Assembly (NCBI RefSeq): GCF_009914755.1
Contig: NC_060927.1
Strand: one strand, 5' to 3'
Length of the DNA: 64,000 nt
Origin: the human T2T-CHM13v2.0 reference genome, Homo sapiens
Shown: positions 54,994 through 64,000 of the stretch, one piece after another
How the letters are laid out: each line of letters begins with the position of its first letter
How positions within the stretch are numbered: position 1 is the first letter of the stretch
Program-made: the position numbers and the translations under genes
Notes under the pieces: generated by a model
What the model saw: the letters and a program-made list of their open reading frames with translations, nothing else
Databases searched by the model: none
What the model was told of the DNA's origin: nothing

Positions 54994-56063
54994 TTACCTT
55001 TTGTAGAGATGGGGTCTCACTGTGTTGCCTAGGCTGGTCTCAAACTCCTGGGCTCAAGCGGTCTTCCTGCCTCGGCCTCCCAAAATGTTGGGATTACAGG
55101 CATGAGCCACCGTGCCTGGCCTGGAGCAGGTTTTCTAGCAATTCCTCTGTTCCCTTCTATTCCTCCCTTTCTCACTCCTTCCACTCCAGTACTTCTAGCC
55201 ACCTTTCTGCCTCTCTTTCTCCCCTCTTTGATTCTTTCTTTCCCTTCAACCTCTGGCTCAAGTTGGCCAAGTTTCCAAGTCAGGGAAGAAATTACTTGCA
55301 GAGGTGGTAGGTCTGAAGGACTGCAGCTACCGCAAACCTCAAATGGAATCCACTGCAGCCCTCTCCTGTGCCTTCCTACTTTGGGCCTCTAAGTCATTCC
55401 TGCATTTCTCAGCACTTTCTACTTAGGGCTGTCATGATCACTAATTCTGAACAAAGTTTTTTTTGTATTCTACATCTGGCCCTTCACCCTTTCTGCAAGG
55501 AAAAACTGTCCAAGTCTTTCTGGAAACGTAGCTAAGATACTTGAAATAAAAATGCTCCAATTCATTCATTTGAGCCAATTTTTTTTAATAGGAATGTGGT
55601 GACATAAGACATAATATTAACACATGCCAATGATATTGATGTTAGCTGAGATTACTAGTTTACAATAATGCTATATATTAACACTATTGACAGCACAAAG
55701 TGTTACTATCTTAATTTTATGAGTTCTATTATCATGTAATCAGTGCATAGCCTAAAAATTATACGGAGAACATTGGTTTGGAGAGAATAAATCAGAAAGG
55801 CAGAGACGCTGTAAAGAGGAAATCTAGTTAGGGGCTACTGGAAAAGCATAGACACTAGATGATGAAGGTATGAACCAAGCTTTATAATTTGGCATTTGGA
55901 ATAATTCCAATGTCAACAAAAGCTGTAAGATACTTTGGTAAGGGGGCCGGGCGCGGTGGCTCACGCCTGTAATCCCAGCGTTTTGGGAGGCTGAGGTGGG
56001 TGGATCACGAGGTCAGGAAATCGAAACCATCCTGGCTATCACAGCGAAACCCCGTCTCTACTA

Positions 56064-56330
<267 letters not shown>

Positions 56331-56645
56331 CTAATTTCCCCAGCCTACATTCTCTCATTAAGGCACGTTATTTTGTTTTGGATCTCAGCACACAGCTGCC
56401 AAATAGAATGCTTTTCCCCTAGTGTCCGCCCAATTTCCTGCCTGCCTGGAGCCCGGAAGGTGCATCTGGGCAGAGCCAATGCAGGACACTTGGCTGGGAC
56501 CTCTCTGGTCACAGGCTGTCACAGGGAGTGGTCACTTGCCATGAGTAGTATTCAAAACCAGCAACCAGGGTGTGGTCTGAGCTCCTTTAAGCTCCAGGGT
56601 TTGGGAGCTCCTGGTGAATCCCCAGAGAAGAGTCCAGAAAGAAGA

Positions 56646-56712
56646 ATGGAAGGAGGGTGGCCTGCAAGGCAGAGTGCCCTCCTCTGCCTCACTGTCAGTC
56701 TTCTGCTTCAAG
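56646..56712 (+). CDS. HTR3C: HTR3C exon 1 [23 protein letters not shown]
   Basis: Signal peptide; AAG|GTAAGA donor; 67 nt. Confidence 0.93.
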
Positions 56713-57184
56713 GTAAGATGGGACGAGAACAGGGAAGACCAGAGTGTGGTTCCGAGGGACACCTGGACTCACCTCTAGCACTTGGAGGGCATTCAGAATT
56801 AATGTGTTAAATATTTCTTCCATAATGTCTGTGTCCTGATTTCCTTTTGGTGACAGATAGAAAGACAGTTCACTGATGAGTGCACACAGACTTTCTCTGT
56901 TCCTGCCTGCACAGGGATCTATCAAACTGTCTCATTTCACCACTTCTCCAATTCCACCTTTTCACTGACTTCTGATGCTCCACTACCACACCCTTCTTCC
57001 CCCTCTCCTTGTCTCTGTTTCTCCTGACATGATATCTATGAGAAGAGTAGCCACTGATTTTAAACATGCCCTGAGGGAGGGGACAATCTGAGGTGGAAAT
57101 GAGCAGATATTTTGCTTCCATGAGGTAATATTTGTTCCCAATCTGGACACATACCTTAAATATTATGGAAAGAGATGGAGATAG

Positions 57185-57598
<414 letters not shown>

Positions 57599-58285
57599 TG
57601 AGTCACCGCGCCCGGCACACCGGCCTCACTTTGTGACTGAACAAATGCTGTATGCTCAGTGATGTCACCTCATGATCCCGATGCTAGAAATAACCCACGA
57701 GACAACTGAGGTCACTAAATCTGAGAAGAGCAAAATAAATGCATAGCACCAAGGTAAGCACCCAGTCAGATACCTACCGTGTTTCTCATATCTACCTGGT
57801 GAGTGCAGTTGTGTAAAATGTCTCTTATCCTCTTGATAAATCAGTTCTTGCCTTCAGTAGACTTAAGATCCTAAGAGTTAGAGAGAGAAATACATTAGCA
57901 TCGATTTTTAGGTGACTTGGACCACAAGTTTTGGGCAGTTCTACTGCTAGGTGAGCCAAGAGTCTTGTGATGGGTACATTAAAGGACTCCTGGAAGTAGC
58001 TGCCATTGCACTTAGGCCAAGTTTTCATACAGATTTGGGCAAACTTTGCATGAGGATGAAGCAATGGGAATGAGAATAGAGCCCTGACCTCAGCTCACCA
58101 CATCCACTTCCACCATTTGCCTACCAGCCCAGCCCATCCTCCCCAACCATGGCCTTGGGGAGTCTTGGCATGGGAAGGAGGGGCTCACCTGCTCCTCTCA
58201 GTACGTCCCCTATTTTATCTCTCTGCAGAGAGACTCCAGCCCTGGAAATAGAGTCCCTCTCTCACGGAGTCTCTGCTCTCTATAG

Positions 58286-58452
58286 GAAGAGGCGACGCTT
58301 TTACCATCAATTGCTCAGGCTTTGACCAGCATGGGGTTGACCCTGCTGTCTTCCAAGCAGTGTTTGACAGAAAGGCCTTCCGTCCATTCACCAACTACAG
58401 CATCCCTACCCGTGTCAACATCTCCTTCACCCTGTCTGCCATCCTGGGAGTG
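58286..58452 (+). CDS. HTR3C: HTR3C exon 2
   Basis: [55 protein letters not shown]; 167 nt, AG/GT flanked. Confidence 0.94.
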
Positions 58453-58876
58453 GTGAGACTTAGTCCCTGCATCTTTTCCATGGCTTCTAATAAGGAACGA
58501 GGACCCTCTGCCCTGTCAACCCAACATGGCCCTGGCCCCGTGGTGAACAATAGGCACCCTGGATGGATTTAACGCAAGTTAGATGCTTTTCCTATGCGAT
58601 GGAGAGGCACGAAGAAGAATACTGCAGTGATGTTTTTTCAGGAAGGCATTTGTCTTTGAATCCTGTCATTTCTAGAATGCTCTAGAAAAAAGTAGTCTGT
58701 ATATTAATCAAAATCAGAATTGCCCATAGACACAGGGGAAACGAGTGAGGAAAAGACAATTCAGCATCTACAACAATGCCTGGCCCAATAAATTAGTAAA
58801 TATTGGTGGGAATATGAGGTGGGCATTGGCCAAACCTTTTAACACTAATAATCCTGAGTGGAAATTTCCTTGTCAG

Positions 58877-58921
58877 GATGCACAGCTCCAGCTGCTGACA
58901 TCATTCCTGTGGATGGATTTG
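58877..58921 (+). CDS. HTR3C: HTR3C exon 3
   Basis: DAQLQLLTSFLWMDL; 45 nt; GTAAGG donor. Confidence 0.93.
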
Positions 58922-59059
58922 GTAAGGCAGATTCAACTATCTCCTCCCCACTTCATTTATAATTTTAAGCCTGAGGAGTTAGAAGTGACTTAAAGGGGCC
59001 AGAAGCAGTGGCTCACGCCTGTAATCCCAGCACTTTGGGAGGCCAAGGCAGGTGGATCA

Positions 59060-59251
<192 letters not shown>

Positions 59252-59449
59252 CTAGATGACAAGAACGAAACTCCATCACACACACACACACACACACAGA
59301 AAAAGTGACTTAAAAGTTTTCTAGTTCAAACCTCTACCCAAAGTATAACTTTTTCTGGGATCTGGGAAAAAATAACTCCATGTAGAACTGGACTCACCAT
59401 GGGGACCCAAACCTCCCTGGGAATCTTAGGAAGGTTGAAATAGCAACTC

Positions 59450-59481
<32 letters not shown>

Positions 59482-59741
59482 CAAGTGCAGGCCAATATAT
59501 TGGTGTGGTCCTAACTCCAAGTGGTTTTAGGCCATATTTAATATCTGCCTGCCAAAAGGCTATCAAGGGGTACTTTTCTGGTGACACCTTGTTAAATCAA
59601 GAATGGGGGGATAGGCTGTGGTTATTAGGGTCACAAATGGGAGTGGGAGGATCAAGGTTTAAAGAAGAATGGAAAGGGTGGGAGAGGCCGACAGGACAAG
59701 CTCACCGTCACTCACCTCTGTCCCTCACTGCCCTGATGCAG

Positions 59742-59851
59742 GTATGGGACAATCCTTTCATTAATTGGAACCCAAAAGAGTGTGTTGGCATCAATAAACT
59801 CACAGTATTAGCTGAAAACCTGTGGCTCCCAGACATCTTCATCGTGGAATC
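59742..59851 (+). CDS. HTR3C: HTR3C exon 4 (loop A)
   Basis: [37 protein letters not shown]; 110 nt. Confidence 0.94.
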
Positions 59852-59986
59852 GTGCGTATGCAGGCTGGGGAAGCCAGCGTGAAACCTCATCTGCCGAGAA
59901 CAGCCTAGGGTCAGCACAGGGCATGGGGCCACCGAAAGATTCAGACAGGCACACAGTCTCAACGAACTGACTTCCACACATCACTA

Positions 59987-60309
<323 letters not shown>

Positions 60310-60439
60310 TCAAAAACAACAAAAAAATAAAAATAGAAAGAGAAAGAGCCCAGAAGGAGAGCACAGCAGGGGAGACCCCAGAAGGAAGGGAGACAAGAGC
60401 TGATTAAGCCTCCATCTCTTCCCTCCCTTCCCCAAACAG

Positions 60440-60609
60440 CATGGATGTGGATCAGACGCCTTCCGGTCTCACTGCCTATATCAGCAGTGAAGGTCGAATT
60501 AAGTATGATAAGCCAATGAGGGTGACCAGCATCTGTAACCTGGACATCTTCTACTTCCCTTTTGACCAACAGAACTGTACCTTCACCTTCAGTTCTTTCC
60601 TCTACACAG
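60440..60609 (+). CDS. HTR3C: HTR3C exon 5 (Cys-loop [15 protein letters not shown])
   Basis: Intact Cys-X13-Cys signature; 170 nt. Confidence 0.95.
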
Positions 60610-61991
60610 GTAAGTGTGACACATTTTGGTAGCTGTTTAAGATTCAGGGAAGACATTTGAGTGGTGTAGGTATCATTAGAAAAGGTTTTGGATCAGTGTT
60701 GCTCCACTCCGGTGGCCTAACAAAGCTTTTTGAAAATACCAATAACTGGCCAGGCACAGTGGTTCACACTGTAATCTCAGCACTTTGGGAGGCAAAGGTG
60801 GGACAAACGCTTGTGCCCAGGAGTTTGAGACCAGCTTGGGCAACATAGTGAGACCCCCATCTCTACAAAATATAAAAAGAATTAGCCCCAGCTACTTGGG
60901 AGGCTGAGGCAGGAGGATTGTTTGAGCCAGAGAGGCTGAGGCTGCAGTGAGCTGTGATTGCACACTGCATTCCAGCCTGGGTGACACAGTGAGACTCTGT
61001 TTTTAAAACAAAAAACAGGCAGGGCGCAGTGGCTCACGCCTGTAATCCCAGCACTTCGGGAGGCCGAGGTGGGCAGAACACGAGGTCAGGAGATCGAGAC
61101 CATCCTGGCTAACACAGTGAAACCTCATATCTACTAAATATACAAAAAATTAGCCTGGCCTGGTGGTGGGCGCCTGTAGTCCCAGCTACTTGGGAAGCTG
61201 AGGCAGGAGAATGGCGTGAAACTCGGGAGGTGGAGGTTGCAGTGAGCCGAGACTGCACCACTGCACTCCAGCCTGGGCGACAGAGCGAGACTCCGTCTCA
61301 AAACAAAACAAAACAAAACAAAACAAAAAACAAAAACAAAAGCCTAATAAGCGCACATCACCCCAGATGCCGATTAAATTGTTCCAGGTGGGGCCCAGGT
61401 GATGCTAACGTGCAGACGGGGTTACGACCTGCTGCTTTACAAGCTGAGTGGCCCTTGTGCCAAATGAGGCCCAGCTGACTCTGAGCTGCTGCACACCTAT
61501 AATTTTTAGCTCAAATCTTTTAACTCTAATAGCTAACACACTTAAAAACCGGTAAATTAATATAACCGAATGCCACCAGGTGTCATGTGGCAGATTTGGA
61601 TAAACTAAAACCATCAAAATGGGCATGCCTATAATTATTAAAATATTGAGCTATTCAAGCTTGATTCCACTAAAACACCACCATACGACTGGGGGACTGA
61701 GAAGGAAAATAGGAATGACTCCAAAAGTTCTTGACTCACGTTTCAGTCATATCCAATATTCCCATAACGAACTTGACTCACTCTTGTTTTCAACAACAAA
61801 AGAAATTAATGCCGCTGCCCACACACATATGAATTGCTAGTCGGGTAACCCACTTCTGAGAAAACCAGGATACCTTGCTTTAAAAGGATAGAGGAAAATT
61901 TGGTTTAGAAGCTCAGTGGGGGAGGACTCCAATTTCGTGGGCGGGAGGCTTGGGAAAACGTCTGCAATGAACTGACCGGCCTCCCTTCCAG

Positions 61992-62152
61992 TGGACAGCA
62001 TGCTGCTGGGCATGGACAAGGAGGTGTGGGAGATCACAGACACGTCTCGCAAAGTCATCCAAACCCAGGGGGAGTGGGAGCTCTTGGGCATCAACAAGGC
62101 CACCCCAAAGATGTCCATGGGCAACAACCTATATGACCAGATCATGTTTTAT
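61992..62152 (+). CDS. HTR3C: HTR3C exon 6
   Basis: [14 protein letters not shown]...[11 protein letters not shown]...YDQIMFY; 161 nt. Confidence 0.94.
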
Positions 62153-62310
62153 GTGAGTCCAGGGGCCCCTGTTTGACTTCTGATCCCAGCAGCTCTTTGA
62201 TTGTCCTCTTGACCTATGGCTCTTTGGGAAGCAAAAAAGAAGCTCCAGGCCGGGTGCAGTGGCTCACACCTGTAATCCCAGTACTTTGGGAGGCCGAGGG
62301 AGGCGGATCA

Positions 62311-62661
<351 letters not shown>

Positions 62662-63000
62662 TCACCCACTCCTGCTCTGGAGAGGGCAGGAATGGCTGGA
62701 CTGTAATAAGCCCTGCTGCTCAGAATGGATCAGCTCACCCCTACTGCTCAGAATGACTTAAAGGGCCCACTTGCACCTAAAATTCTACAGTCATTGTGTT
62801 CCTAGTAGGTTAAAAATGAATAAAAATTAGACAACAAATCAGAGGCCCCTATGTAGGCGAGCACAATTATATGCAAAAGTGTTACTTAAAAAGATCGTCC
62901 CCAGCAGCCTCACAGCACATTGGCAAAGATTAGGGGTCAGATATACAAATTGAGCCCTCTGACATCTATTTATTTGCCATCTTCTCCGGTCTCTCTCCAG

Positions 63001-63205
63001 GTGGCCATCAGGCGCAGGCCAAGCCTCTACATCATAAACCTGCTGGTGCCCAGTAGCTTTCTGGTTGCCATTGATGCCCTCAGCTTCTACCTGCCAGCAG
63101 AGAGCGAGAATCGTGCCCCATTCAAGATAACACTTCTGCTGGGCTACAACGTCTTCCTGCTCATGATGAATGACTTGCTCCCTGCCAGTGGCACCCCCCT
63201 CATCA
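63001..63205 (+). CDS. HTR3C: HTR3C exon 7 (M1, M2)
   Basis: [18 protein letters not shown]...[28 protein letters not shown]; 205 nt. Confidence 0.95.
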
Positions 63206-63392
63206 GTATGGCTCCTCCCACTTTCAGGAGGAGAAAGGGCACCCGGGGCCAGGGAGGAGGGCCAGGAGAAATGGCCGCTGCTCCACTGAAGGAAGGAAGG
63301 GGCTGTGAAAGAAGATTGGATTTAGGAAAGAGGCGTGAGGAATGCTTAGAGATAAATTTGCCTGGTTTATTTATAATTTGCTCTGCCCTCAG

Positions 63393-63608
63393 GTGTCTAC
63401 TTCGCCCTGTGCCTGTCCCTGATGGTGGTCAGCCTGCTGGAGACCGTCTTCATTACCTACCTGCTGCACGTGGCCACCACCCAGCCCCCACCCATGCCTA
63501 GGTGGCTTCACTCCCTGCTGCTCCACTGCACCAGCCCAGGGAGATGCTGTCCCACTGCGCCCCAGAAGGGAAATAAGGGCCTGGGTCTCACCCTCACCCA
63601 CCTGCCTG
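63393..63608 (+). CDS. HTR3C: HTR3C exon 8 (M3, MX)
   Basis: [25 protein letters not shown]...; 216 nt. Confidence 0.95.
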
Positions 63609-63714
63609 GTGAGGGAAGCCAGCACTGTCCATACTCGCCCTTCACACTGGGCCCAGCACTCCTCTAATCCTGTCCCCTTCCCACTCCATGACTGAGCCTC
63701 TGTCCTCTCCACAG

Positions 63715-63917
63715 GCCCAAAGGAGCCGGGGGAGTTAGCAGGGAAGAAGCTGGGACCCAGAGAGACCGAGCCAGATGGGGGCTCAGGATGGACAAAGACC
63801 CAGCTAATGGAGCTGTGGGTGCAGTTCAGCCACGCGATGGACACCCTGCTCTTCCGCCTCTACCTGCTCTTCATGGCCTCCTCCATCCTTACTGTCATTG
63901 TCCTCTGGAACACCTAG
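63715..63917 (+). CDS. HTR3C: HTR3C exon 9 (M4, stop)
   Basis: ...[35 protein letters not shown]. The nine exons sum to 1344 nt in frame. Confidence 0.95.
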
Positions 63918-64000
63918 GCAGACATCCCCCCTCTCTGGCAAACAACAGCTTGGAGTTTCTGCTGGTCTTGGGCCAGCCGGACTCATTTTCCTAATCTTAG

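Overview
Human (primate) genomic DNA, very Alu-rich, recognisable as the 3q27.1 ABCC5-HTR3 locus. From left to right it contains: ABCC5 intron 2, first coding exon 2 and non-coding exon 1 with a CpG-island/TATA promoter (minus strand); a full-length processed EEF1A1 pseudogene (minus); HTR3D (plus); and the complete 9-exon coding sequence of HTR3C (plus; my exon walk gives 1344 nt = 447 aa + stop). Most ORFs in the supplied track are Alu/L1 or low-complexity artefacts. I find no evidence of a wholly new gene system. The most striking signal is HTR3D. Aligned exon by exon to its intact neighbour HTR3C, it carries a lesion in six of nine coding exons: a shifted exon-1 donor, a -1 indel, an Alu inserted inside a coding exon, +2 and +1 frameshifts, a stop codon at the second Cys-loop cysteine, and a +8 indel. 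An open frame survives anyway through compensating frameshifts and cryptic or Alu-derived splice sites. Other notable features are an 82-bp inverted repeat just upstream of HTR3D, a templated fold-back insertion inside an Alu, several short palindromic scars, a palindromic AT-rich minisatellite, nested retro-insertions whose order can be read from TSDs, and a perfect NRF2 ARE next to a candidate poison exon in ABCC5 intron 2. Repeat boundaries are approximate, identities were counted by eye, and gene, isoform and SNP names are from memory.
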